Source: an uncultured Rhodothermales bacterium
GTDB lineage: Bacteria; Bacteroidota; Rhodothermia; Rhodothermales; VXPQ01
Direction of reading: 5' to 3'
Assembly: GCA_964487555.1 (NCBI GenBank)
Contig: CAZART010000010.1
Location: 349 to 64,348, forward strand
Length of the DNA: 64,000 nt
This document shows positions 54,935 to 64,000 of this stretch, one piece after another. A model generated the notes under the pieces. It saw only the letters and a list, made by a program, of their open reading frames with translations, made no database searches and was not told where the DNA came from. The position numbers were made by a program, and so were the translations under genes. The number at the start of each line of letters is the position of its first letter. The stretch's first letter is position 1.

Positions 54935-56128
54935 ATGAGAATAACCGTCATCGGCGCCGGAGCCGTGGGATCGGCCGTTGCGCACGAACTGCACGAGCGG
55001 CCTGAGATCACGCAGATTCAGATCTGCGACGCTCGTGCGAGATCGCTGCAGCAGCTGCACCATGACGTCAAAAGTTCAAAGCTTCGATCCTTCCAGGTCG
55101 ATGTACGCGACGTAAATGTGCTCGAACCCATCCTTCGCGGCAGCGACTGCGTCATCGGCTGCGCTGCGCCGGAGGTCAATCCGATCCTCGCAGAGACGTG
55201 CCTTGAGCTTGGGATGCATTTCTGCGATCTCGGAGGCAATGAAGAAATTGTTCGGAAAGAACTCGAGCTCGACGAGCGAGCGCGACAGAAGTCGGTATGG
55301 ATCGTACCGAACTGCGGCCTTGCCCCGGGCCTGGTAAATATCCTCTGTCTACGAGGCGTAGATGAGTTCGACGAGGTGGAAGAAGCGCACCTTCGCGTGG
55401 GGGATGTGCCGCTTCAGCCCGATCCGCCATTCAATTTCCGGATTTCCTGGTCGGCGGAGAAAATCCTCGACGACTATACCCATCCGGTCCAGGTCATCGA
55501 AGACGGCAACGTAAAGGAGTTGGAGCCCTTATCACTCGAAGAGCCTATCTGCTTTCCGCCCCCGTTCGAACGGATGGAGTCATTCTGCACGGCCGGTGGA
55601 CTATCCACGCTCACGGCGCAGCTGGAAGGCAAGGTCAAACAGCTGGATCACAAGACGATCCGCTGGCCGGGGCACGCCAATCAGATGCGCTTCCTATTGG
55701 GTCTGGGCTTTGGCGAGAAGCGCAGTATCGACGTGCGAACGCACCTCACGTATCGCGACGTTTTGATTCGCCGTATGCGGCAGCGGCTTGGCGGCTCCCA
55801 CGAAGACGCCGTCCTCCTGCGCGTACTGCTGAAGGGCAAAATAGAGAACGAGAAAAAGACGCTCGTCTACGAGATGATCGAAAGCTATGATGCCATCCGA
55901 GATATGACGGCTATCCAGCGGTGCACGAGCGTACCGACGGCCACCGTAGCCCAGCTCATCGCTGCGCGCGAGGTACCTGGCGGCGGCGCTTCGCCCCCCG
56001 AGAACGTGGTCCCCAAGGAGCGATATTTCAATATCCTAGCATCGCGCGGCCTCCACGTGTCGACCATGTGGTTCGACGGTTACGTCGACGTAAGAAATCC
56101 GGAGGAAGTCCAGGCTCATCGCTCGTAG
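54935..56128 (+). CDS. Saccharopine dehydrogenase family NAD(P)-binding protein
   Basis: MRITVIGAGAVGSAVAHEL, then a saccharopine-dehydrogenase-like C-terminal domain (PNCGLAPGL, RWPGH). Confidence 0.7.
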   Translation: MRITVIGAGAVGSAVAHELHERPEITQIQICDARARSLQQLHHDVKSSKLRSFQVDVRDVNVLEPILRGSDCVIGCAAPEVNPILAETCLELGMHFCDLGGNEEIVRKELELDERARQKSVWIVPNCGLAPGLVNILCLRGVDEFDEVEEAHLRVGDVPLQPDPPFNFRISWSAEKILDDYTHPVQVIEDGNVKELEPLSLEEPICFPPPFERMESFCTAGGLSTLTAQLEGKVKQLDHKTIRWPGHANQMRFLLGLGFGEKRSIDVRTHLTYRDVLIRRMRQRLGGSHEDAVLLRVLLKGKIENEKKTLVYEMIESYDAIRDMTAIQRCTSVPTATVAQLIAAREVPGGGASPPENVVPKERYFNILASRGLHVSTMWFDGYVDVRNPEEVQAHRS

Positions 56129-56263
56129 GCGTGTATCATCCCTCGTAGGCGTGCATCTTTCCCCGTAGGCGCGCATCATCCCCCGTAGGCGCGCATCATC
56201 CCCCGTAGGCGTGCATCATCCCCCGCAGGCGTGCATCATCCCCCGTAGGCGCGAATCGTTGCG
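56124..56263. repeat. Seven tandem 20-bp units (CGTAGGCGYGCATCATCCCC) spanning the stops of two convergent genes
   Basis: Units start at 56124, 56144, ... 56244. The TAG of the plus-strand gene (56126-56128) lies in unit 1. The TGA (56236-56238) and last 5 codons (RAYGG) of the minus-strand SDR gene lie in units 6-7. Confidence 0.9.
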
Positions 56264-56910
56264 CCGTTGAGGGCCGCACCCGTGCGTGTTACGAGGGATA
56301 GGCAGATCTCTACGATGTCGTCGGCGGAGACGCCTTCGCCGACGCCGTCATGAAGAATCGTCGACGGCGCGATCGCGTGGGCCGTGATGCCACTGCCCTC
56401 AAGCTCGGCGGAGACCGACTCGACGAGCCGAACGACGCCGGCCTTGGCGACTGAATAGCCCACCTGCTCGGCCGCTCCACGGTCGGCGCCTTGCGCCGAG
56501 GCAATCCCGATGAGCTGTCCACCTCGACCGGCCATCAGACGCGCCGCTTCGCGAAAGCACAGAAAGGCCGACGTGAGATTAAGTCGGAGCATCCGGTCGA
56601 GATCCTCGGCCGACGTCTCGAGAAACGGCTTCGCCTCCCAGCCTCCCACGGTGTGAATTAGCGCGTCAATGGATGTAAATTGCTGCCCCATCTGGTCGAA
56701 ACACGCCGTGACGAGCTGCTCGTCCGTCACGTCCGCCGGAAATGCCCATCCCTCCGCGTGTTCCGGAAACGGAATGCTGCGAGCATCTTCATCGTTCAGA
56801 ACGACGGCTGCAATGGTCGCACCCTCCTCGGCAAATCGTGTCACGATGCGGCGACCGAGGCGGCCGGCCGCTCCGGTGATCACGACGACTTTATTCGACA
56901 GGCTGGCCAT
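56236..56910 (-). CDS. Short-chain dehydrogenase/reductase (SDR)
   Basis: VVITGAAGRLG (TGxxxGxG), HTVGG, and the catalytic YSVAKAG (YxxxK). Confidence 0.85.
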   Translation of the reverse strand: MASLSNKVVVITGAAGRLGRRIVTRFAEEGATIAAVVLNDEDARSIPFPEHAEGWAFPADVTDEQLVTACFDQMGQQFTSIDALIHTVGGWEAKPFLETSAEDLDRMLRLNLTSAFLCFREAARLMAGRGGQLIGIASAQGADRGAAEQVGYSVAKAGVVRLVESVSAELEGSGITAHAIAPSTILHDGVGEGVSADDIVEICLSLVTRTGAALNGATIRAYGG

Positions 56911-57460
56911 GATTGAAATCGCTGGTTAGTGTATCTGATGCCTGGGCATTCGTGCTGCGTGCGGACGTGTGATCGTGTACGATCCGCCAACCTTCCGGCC
57001 GGTTCTGGAATACCAATGTAAATAATCCGCCTACATTGGCGTGGGGCGCGGACCGCTCAAGAGCCCATCGTCCGAAAACAAGTGCATGATCCGAGGAGAG
57101 GAGAGTAATGTCCAGCTCGTCAAACGACAATGTCCCCATCATACCTTTGTCCGCAAAGGAATCCTGATAGCGCTGCAGGGTTCGATTCCAGCCGTACCAC
57201 ACGTCTCCGCCGGTTGCAAACCGGAGCGAATCCGTCTGCGCATACCCTTCCATGAACGCTCGAATACGGCCTTGATTCCACGCTTCGACCTGCTTGTTCA
57301 GGACCATCCGAATCGCCTCCGCGGCCGAGACGGCGTCCGCATTTCCATCTGCGCGGGCGGCACGACCTTCCTCTTCGGCTCCTCCACACCCGGCGACAAC
57401 GAAATGTGCAAGGATCAGACCAAAGAAGATGCTACGGCACGTTGATTGCTGTCTAGTCAT
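56891..57460 (-). CDS. Lipoprotein with NTF2-like (DUF4440/SnoaL-like) fold
   Basis: Lipobox FVVAGCGG. The size and the pattern ...QVEAWNQGRIRAFMEGYAQTDSLRFATGGDV...HALVFGRWAL...FTLVFQNRPEGWRIVHDH are suggestive of DUF4440. The start is at M28 of the ORF. Confidence 0.45.
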   Translation of the reverse strand: MTRQQSTCRSIFFGLILAHFVVAGCGGAEEEGRAARADGNADAVSAAEAIRMVLNKQVEAWNQGRIRAFMEGYAQTDSLRFATGGDVWYGWNRTLQRYQDSFADKGMMGTLSFDELDITLLSSDHALVFGRWALERSAPHANVGGLFTLVFQNRPEGWRIVHDHTSARSTNAQASDTLTSDFNHGQPVE

Positions 57461-58015
57461 TCGCGGTGTATCGTGTGTATGATGGACCGGAGCGCTGAAG
57501 AGGCGACCTCGACAGTATAAAATCCGCAGCCGCCAGAACAAAGCAAAAGGCCTCCGGTACTACGACGGCGCGCCCGCGGAGGAGCGATCCCACCGATCGC
57601 AAAGCTCTGATTTACAGGTTCTTACCGCCTGTTCACAGACCTTTCTCGCCTTTTACGGAGGACGATTTTCCGCCTTGAACACGTGTAGGAAACAAGTTAC
57701 TTTTGACTCGGTTGCCAAAGGCTGCTGAGCTGATCCTGAATCATGTCCGCAGGAGACGCGAGGAGCACGGTGCGCTCCGGGCGCTTCCATCACAAATCCT
57801 GTTCTGAGACTAAAGGAGAGATCGCGTATAGGCACTTCTTGCTACTGCATTCTCATGCAACGGGGATAGCGTCTACGGCCGAGCCTTCGTTTTTCGGCTT
57901 CCGCCGCCGTCCCCAGCGATCGTAATCTATCTCGAAGTCAGAACAGGACCAGGTGCTTCCCGAACCGGCAGCCATAGAAAGTCGCGGCCGTACGCCACGG
58001 CGTGATCGCCATCCG

Positions 58016-61000
58016 ATGCGGACGCTGGCAGCGCTTGCCGGTGGTGCGCTTGCCGCAGCCGTCGTGCTCGTTAGCGTAACAGCGAGCGGCCGCCCGACGG
58101 AACGCCATCCGGGCCTGTCGACGTGGTATTCTCTGTCGGATACCGACTCGGTGGCCGTCGACGCGATGCTCGCCGATCCCGCGGGCGTCGATCCCGCGTT
58201 CGTGGACTCCGAGGTCGTGGACTCCGCAGTCGCGGACTCCGTGGCCGGCGAATCCATAGTCCCGGACCCCGTGGCCGGCGAATCCGTAGTCGGGGACTCC
58301 GTGGCCGGCGATTCGATCCTGAGGAATGCGATCGGGGTCGACTCTGTCCTGACCGACTCGATGCTCGTGCTTGGCGACACGCTCGAATCGGACACGACCG
58401 ACACACTGCAGACGCCACGCGCCGATTTTTACCTCCCTTCTCGCCGGCGAGATGCGTGGACCGCCTCTCCGGTGCAGCGAAAGCAGCGGCCGTTTTATCC
58501 GCGGCTGGGCAGCTATTGGAGGCATGAAGTAGAGCTCGATTCCACCGCGCGCGAATTTACCGTCCGCGAATATGTGGGGGAAACGCCGGTCCGGTATCCG
58601 CTTACCCTCGACTATGAGGGCTACCGGCGGGTACGGCTAGACGACGATCTGGAGCAGAGTTGGGTCGAGCTCATCGAAACGCGCCGGCGCCAGCGGCAGA
58701 GCCGTTCACGCGGCGGCCTCGGCTTCAATATCGTCGTGCCCGGCGGCCAGCAGAGCGCCTTCACGACCATCTTCGGAAAGCCGGAAGTCGATCTTCGTGT
58801 GAACGGACAAGCCGACATCAAGGCCGGCTTCGACTACCGTAAGAGCGATCAGCAGATCAGTTTCACGGGTAAGTCCGCCCAGCTGGATCCCGACTTCAAG
58901 CAGGATCTTCGTCTCGGCATCACGGGATCGATCGGCGATAAGCTGCAGGTGGACGTCAATTGGGACACGAACAACCAGTTCGATTACGAGAACCAGCTTC
59001 GATTGCAGTACCGCGGATATGACGACGAAATCATCCAGAGCATCGAGGCCGGAAACGTCAACCTCAGCACGCCCTCGCGGCTGATCCGCGGCGGTCAGAG
59101 CCTTTTCGGCATCAAGAGCGAGCTCCAGATGGGCGGGCTGCACCTGACGACCGTTGCGAGCCAGCAGGAAGGCCAGTCGAACACTCTCGATATCTCGGGT
59201 GGATCAGAGACAACCCCGATCGAACTAAAGCCGACGGACTACGACGACAGTCGACATTTTTTCCTCGCCTTCTATTTCCGCAACCGCTGGGAGGACGCGC
59301 TGTCTGAGCCGCCGAACCGCCGCATTACCAACGGTTTCGAACGCATCACGGACCTGGAGGTATGGAAGAGGCAGCCCACAAGCGCTGAAGATGAGAATGT
59401 GCGCCAGATCGTCGCCATGGTGGACCTCGGCGAGGCGCCCGAGATCATCGAATTGGCCGATCAGTACACCGACGACGACCTGCGCGCACTTCCAGACGAA
59501 GACAATGACCGCTACGATCCGACGATCGTCGAGCAACAGCTAAGGAGAGGCAGTGTTAACCCGGAGAGCTATCTCTCTTCGGCAGGCCTTGGAGGCGACG
59601 ACTTCGAGCGCGGAAAGTTCAAGAAACTTTCCCGCGGTCGCGATTACGACCTCGACGACGTGCTGGGCTACATCTCGCTCAACGAACGCATCCAGGAGGG
59701 CGAAGCGCTCGCCGTCTCGTTCCGGTACGTCGCCAACGGTCAACTTCACGAGGTCGGCGACCTTTCCACCGAAACCGGCGGATCAACGGGTGGTCAGAAC
59801 GAGGATCGCCTCGTCATGAAGCTAATCAAGCCCGTTCGGCTTCGCCAGCCTGCCGAAAACTTCAACCCGGCGGCCTGGTACCTCGAGCTGCGTAATATCT
59901 ATCGCCTCCCAAGCCGCGGGCTCAATCCGAACGATTTTGAGCTGCAGATCGAACACCAACCTCCCGGCAAGCCGGGTTCGAAGACCATTTCGGAAGTCGG
60001 CGGTCGGCAGACGCTGCTTCAGATCCTCGGCCTGGACCGCCTCAACGTAGACGGCGCACTACAGCCTGACGACAGATTCGATTATCTAACCAATTTTACG
60101 ATCGACCCCGGGGACGGTACGCTTATTTTCCCCTACCTGCAGCCGTTCGGCGACCGCATTGCAGAGGTGATTGACGAACAGGAAATCGCAGAAGGGGAAA
60201 AGGAGCGCCGCAAGAATACCTACGTCTTCCGTAGCCTTTATACGGAGAAAAAAGACAATGCCAGGCTCGAGAAAAAGTACGAAGACATCTACCGAATCCG
60301 AGGCGAGTTCAAAGGGGCCGTCCAGGAATTCTATGACCTGAAAGCTTTCGCCGGACTTATTGAAGGGTCCGTCCGCGTGACCTCGGGTGGAAGCCGCCTC
60401 ACGGAAGGGCAGGACTTTGTCGTAGACTATCAGGGCGGCACGGTGACGATTACGAATCCGGCCTACCTCTCGGCCGGCCGCGACATCGAGATTTCGTACG
60501 AGCAGAATTCTTTCTTTAACTTGCAGAAGAAGACGCTGTTGGGCGCCCGTGCAGATTATATCTTCGGGCCGAGCCTCGCAATCGGCGGCACCATCTTCAA
60601 TCTCAATCAGAAGTCCCCAATCGACAAGTTCAGAATCGGCGAGGAGCCGATTTCGAATACCATCTGGGGCGTCGACGGCGCCCTGGACGTGGAGCCTCAC
60701 TGGCTCACACGCGCTATCGACGCGCTCCCGTTCATTCAGACCAAGGCTCCAAGCTCTATACAGATCACGGGCGAATTCGCCCAGCTTCGCCCCGGCGTGA
60801 GCGAAACCGTCGCGTTTGAACGATCGCGGCGTGACCTCGACAGGCGGTACAACCGTGATTTCAAATCGGACGAGCTTCGCGGTATCTCCTATCTGGATGA
60901 TTTCGAAGGCTTTGAGAATACGTTTTCACTGAAACAGCCCGGAGCGTGGCGACTCGCCGCCGCGCCCGATTCCATCGGACGTGTTCCACCTGCCCTCAAC

Positions 61001-64000
61001 ACGGAAGATGCGGACTCGCTCCGTACTACCTGGCGTGGAACACTCGGCTGGTATTCGCTGAACAGGAACGTCCTCAGCGAATTAGGTCAGGAATTTCCAT
61101 TGTCCGTCGCACCCGTCGAGATCAATCACGTCTTCCCCGACCGCGACACGCGGGGAGAAGTAGATCGCACCATCCAGACCCTCGACCTCTTCTACGATCC
61201 GGCACAGCGCGGGCCCTATAACTACACGACGGATCTCCGGGACTTTTTGAACAATCCGCGAGACACCTGGGGCGGCATTACCCAGCGAATCCCGGAGGGC
61301 TACACCGACTTCGGGCTGAAAAATATTGAATTTATAGAGTTCGTCTTTCGGCCGTTTGTCGAGAACGAGCAACTGGACGCCGCGCGTTCGGCGAAACTTT
61401 ACGTCGACATCGGATCCATCTCTGAAGACGTGATCCCCAACGGCCAGCTGAATACGGAGGATGGGCTCAGGATGACGAGCGTCAGCGCAAGTGATCTCGA
61501 CCGATGGAGTCGCCTCCCAACGGGCATAGATAATAGCGCCGTCGATATCGACGACGACGCCAACCGCACGGAAGACGTCGGATTGGACGGCCTCGTCTCC
61601 TATGACGTGACGAGCTACGAGCCACTCATGGTGGAGCAAAACCATTTTCGCCACTTTCTCAATGCGCTCGATGCGAACGATCCGGATCCACGCTATGCGG
61701 CTGAGCGGGCAAAGGCGGAGTTGGATCCGTCCGGTGACGACTACTATTACTACGGCAGCGAATTTTTTGACGATGAGACGTACTACCCCGGTGGAGCGTC
61801 GATTCAGGACCGGTTCACACGCTTCTTCGCAGGCACCGAGATCAATTCGTTCGAAGGGCAGAACAAGCTGGCACCTAACATCCACGGAAAGCGGGGAAAT
61901 TCGCGCCTTCCGGATTCGGAAGACCTGAACTTTAACTCGAACGTCGACACGGAAAACAGCTATTTCCAATACGAAGTCCCCCTTTCTAAAGCCGTCCTCG
62001 ACTCTATGGCCGCGCCGGAACGGGTCGACGACTTCGTGATCACCGAGATCACGAGCGCAGACGGCGCGAAGACGGGCTGGTACCAGGTCCGCATTCCCGT
62101 CCGCGACTACACACGCAGTGTCGGGGACATTCAAGACTTCACCCTCATCGAATCTATCCGGATGTGGACCACCGGCAATGAGGTGCCCGTCACGCTTCGC
62201 TTCGCTTCCCTCGAGCTCGTTGGCGCGCAGTGGAAGAAATCTGAGGCCCTCACGTTAGAGCGCGAGCTACCCGCCGACACGCTGCTTAATGAGACGCGCC
62301 TTTCGGTCTCCAGCGTCAATAACGAGGAAAACAGTGACACGTACCGAACGCCCGTCGGTACGATCATCAGTCAGAATCGGCTCGCAACCGGAAGCACGCA
62401 GGCTGCGCGTGAGCAGGCGATGGAGCTGCGCGTGGAGAATCTCATGCCGGGCAAGCAGCGCGCCATATTCAAAACGTACAGCCAGGGAGTCGATCTCCTC
62501 AAATACTCGAACCTGCGCATGTTTTCTCATATGCACGGCCAGACGGCCGACGGGCAGGAGATCGAAACGAGCGACAAGGTCGCACTCTTCCTCCGCCTCG
62601 GTGCTAACGAGACGAACGACTACTATGAATACGAGATGCCGCTCACGCCGAGCTCCGTAACTTCCGGTGACCCGGATGCACTCTGGCAGACGGCGCAGAC
62701 CGTAGGCGGTGAAGTGCTCGACTTGAACTCCGTCAACCTCGAGCTCGGCGCCCTGAATCAGCTGAAGGTGACGCGGGACGAACGCGCGTTTCCGGTCGAT
62801 TCCGTGTTCTGGACGGATGCCAACGATGTACCTCTCAGTCCGACGCTCGACGAATTCGCGCCGCCGGGAACGCGGCTCGCTATCAAGGGCTCGCCCTCTC
62901 TGGGCCGCATCAACACGATCGTGATCGGCGTCCGGAATGTCGCCGACTCGACCCAAGGAAACATGAAGAACAACCGACCGGCGGACATTCTAGAGAATGT
63001 CATCGTGTGGGTGAATGAGATGCGCGTCTCCGGGTATGATGAGACCAACGGCTGGGCTTCCATGGCCAACGCGGACATCAAGCTTGCCGATCTCGGCTCT
63101 ATCAAGGCGAGCTTTCAGGCACAAACCGACGGTTTTGGCGGTCTTGAAAGCACGCTCGGAGAACGTGAACAGAATAACCTCCGCAACTGGAGCGTCACCA
63201 GCGACGTCAATCTCGACAAATTCATTCCTGAACGGTTCGGATGGACGATTCCCGTCTCCATGCAGATCCAGTCGAATACGTCGACGCCGCGCTTTGCACC
63301 AAACCGCGGCGACATCCGCCTCGAGGAGCTGATCGCCCAGATCGACGAAGACGAAACGTTCACCGAAGCCGAAAGAGAGACCAGGAAGCAGGAAGCGGTG
63401 GAGGCCGCACAAACGGCTACGCGTACGCAGTCGTTTAACACGCGTATCCAAAAGTCAGGATCGGATTCCCGATTGCTTCGAAACACGGTGGATGGCCTCT
63501 CCTTCAACTACTCCCTTTCGAACAGCGACGCCAGTAATCCCTCGCAGCAGAAGAACGACAGCTGGCGCTGGACGACGACGCTGAATTACCGCCTCAACAT
63601 CCGCAAACCGCGCACGGTGAAGCCGTTCTGGTTCCTCGATTTCATTCCCGTGATCGGTGCGCTCGGGGACTTGCAGTTCAACTATACGCCTCAATCAGTC
63701 ACCGCCTCAGCGACCGCCGCCCGCAACTTCTCGGAATCGAAAGACCGCCCGCGGCTTGTTTCGGGGCAGGTTCAGGCGGAGTTGCCCAGCAACGTAGAGT
63801 TTCCAATTCGCCAACAGCATGCCCTGTCGCACCGTCGCAATTTCGCGATGCAGTACAATCCGTTCCAATTCCTGAACCTGTCGTACGACGCCAATACGAA
63901 CCAGAGCTTGAACGCTCTCGGGGTCGATACCTTGTTCAGCGTGATCGTCCAGGACGGTGATCTGAACGAAACGATCTACCCAAATACGTCGCGAATCCAG
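58016..64000 (+). CDS. sprA: T9SS translocon / gliding-motility protein SprA, N-terminal 1995 codons (the 3' end is outside the window)
   Basis: This ORF is absent from the supplied track because it has no stop in the window. I translated the frame by hand from ATG 58016 (MRTLAALAGGALAAAVVLVSVTASG) and spot-checked it at 58.7, 59.2, 60.0, 61.0, 62.0, 63.0 and 64.0 kb. The checked stretches include GGLGFNIVVPGG, LRLQYRGYDDEIIQSIEAGNV, FGIKSELQMGGL, GWYQVRIP and VWVNEMRVSGYDE, all SprA-like. No stops were seen. Confidence 0.85.
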   Translation, partial: MRTLAALAGGALAAAVVLVSVTASGRPTERHPGLSTWYSLSDTDSVAVDAMLADPAGVDPAFVDSEVVDSAVADSVAGESIVPDPVAGESVVGDSVAGDSILRNAIGVDSVLTDSMLVLGDTLESDTTDTLQTPRADFYLPSRRRDAWTASPVQRKQRPFYPRLGSYWRHEVELDSTAREFTVREYVGETPVRYPLTLDYEGYRRVRLDDDLEQSWVELIETRRRQRQSRSRGGLGFNIVVPGGQQSAFTTIFGKPEVDLRVNGQADIKAGFDYRKSDQQISFTGKSAQLDPDFKQDLRLGITGSIGDKLQVDVNWDTNNQFDYENQLRLQYRGYDDEIIQSIEAGNVNLSTPSRLIRGGQSLFGIKSELQMGGLHLTTVASQQEGQSNTLDISGGSETTPIELKPTDYDDSRHFFLAFYFRNRWEDALSEPPNRRITNGFERITDLEVWKRQPTSAEDENVRQIVAMVDLGEAPEIIELADQYTDDDLRALPDEDNDRYDPTIVEQQLRRGSVNPESYLSSAGLGGDDFERGKFKKLSRGRDYDLDDVLGYISLNERIQEGEALAVSFRYVANGQLHEVGDLSTETGGSTGGQNEDRLVMKLIKPVRLRQPAENFNPAAWYLELRNIYRLPSRGLNPNDFELQIEHQPPGKPGSKTISEVGGRQTLLQILGLDRLNVDGALQPDDRFDYLTNFTIDPGDGTLIFPYLQPFGDRIAEVIDEQEIAEGEKERRKNTYVFRSLYTEKKDNARLEKKYEDIYRIRGEFKGAVQEFYDLKAFAGLIEGSVRVTSGGSRLTEGQDFVVDYQGGTVTITNPAYLSAGRDIEISYEQNSFFNLQKKTLLGARADYIFGPSLAIGGTIFNLNQKSPIDKFRIGEEPISNTIWGVDGALDVEPHWLTRAIDALPFIQTKAPSSIQITGEFAQLRPGVSETVAFERSRRDLDRRYNRDFKSDELRGISYLDDFEGFENTFSLKQPGAWRLAAAPDSIGRVPPALNTEDADSLRTTWRGTLGWYSLNRNVLSELGQEFPLSVAPVEINHVFPDRDTRGEVDRTIQTLDLFYDPAQRGPYNYTTDLRDFLNNPRDTWGGITQRIPEGYTDFGLKNIEFIEFVFRPFVENEQLDAARSAKLYVDIGSISEDVIPNGQLNTEDGLRMTSVSASDLDRWSRLPTGIDNSAVDIDDDANRTEDVGLDGLVSYDVTSYEPLMVEQNHFRHFLNALDANDPDPRYAAERAKAELDPSGDDYYYYGSEFFDDETYYPGGASIQDRFTRFFAGTEINSFEGQNKLAPNIHGKRGNSRLPDSEDLNFNSNVDTENSYFQYEVPLSKAVLDSMAAPERVDDFVITEITSADGAKTGWYQVRIPVRDYTRSVGDIQDFTLIESIRMWTTGNEVPVTLRFASLELVGAQWKKSEALTLERELPADTLLNETRLSVSSVNNEENSDTYRTPVGTIISQNRLATGSTQAAREQAMELRVENLMPGKQRAIFKTYSQGVDLLKYSNLRMFSHMHGQTADGQEIETSDKVALFLRLGANETNDYYEYEMPLTPSSVTSGDPDALWQTAQTVGGEVLDLNSVNLELGALNQLKVTRDERAFPVDSVFWTDANDVPLSPTLDEFAPPGTRLAIKGSPSLGRINTIVIGVRNVADSTQGNMKNNRPADILENVIVWVNEMRVSGYDETNGWASMANADIKLADLGSIKASFQAQTDGFGGLESTLGEREQNNLRNWSVTSDVNLDKFIPERFGWTIPVSMQIQSNTSTPRFAPNRGDIRLEELIAQIDEDETFTEAERETRKQEAVEAAQTATRTQSFNTRIQKSGSDSRLLRNTVDGLSFNYSLSNSDASNPSQQKNDSWRWTTTLNYRLNIRKPRTVKPFWFLDFIPVIGALGDLQFNYTPQSVTASATAARNFSESKDRPRLVSGQVQAELPSNVEFPIRQQHALSHRRNFAMQYNPFQFLNLSYDANTNQSLNALGVDTLFSVIVQDGDLNETIYPNTSRIQ

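Overview
This is 64 kb of a high-GC chromosome that looks like a Rhodothermota/Bacteroidota (FCB-group) genome. That inference rests on the T9SS translocon SprA, a BatA-E type operon, ParA-ParB-DUF5683, DUF1501/PSCyt-type proteins, and starts that mostly lack Shine-Dalgarno sequences. I can support about 52 protein-coding genes. Almost all are housekeeping or conserved hypotheticals: fbaB, gdh, ald, rpiA, nnr, purQ, tdk, dnaX-ybaB-recR, a UvrD-like helicase, parAB, aldo/keto reductases and glycosyltransferases. I found no rRNA, tRNA, CRISPR array, transposase, integrase or recognisable defence cassette. Two things are not explained by the genes. (1) The 1.46 kb gene-free interval 36918-38379 carries, on the minus strand, a consensus TTGACG-17-TATAAT promoter and an intrinsic terminator about 975 nt downstream. 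Between them sit five C(UUCG)G-capped helices, at least six GNRA-capped helices, and about nine degenerate 45-nt modules. I read this as a candidate unclassified large structured ncRNA, and DnaA-box-like motifs lie just upstream of it. (2) Several unrelated short tandem-repeat arrays (periods 9/15, 30, 56-60, 14 and 20 bp) sit exactly at gene boundaries. Two of them duplicate gene 3' ends including stop codons. One lies in frame at the 5' end of an LVIVD beta-propeller gene and would encode eight Cys-Pro decapeptides. Secondary observations are a NUDIX/eIF-2B-like fusion, a Bat operon with an embedded sirtuin and no adjacent MoxR ATPase, and a putative lipid-headgroup cluster built around an alpha-oxoamine synthase. 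All functional calls come from motif and family recognition by eye; no database search was run.
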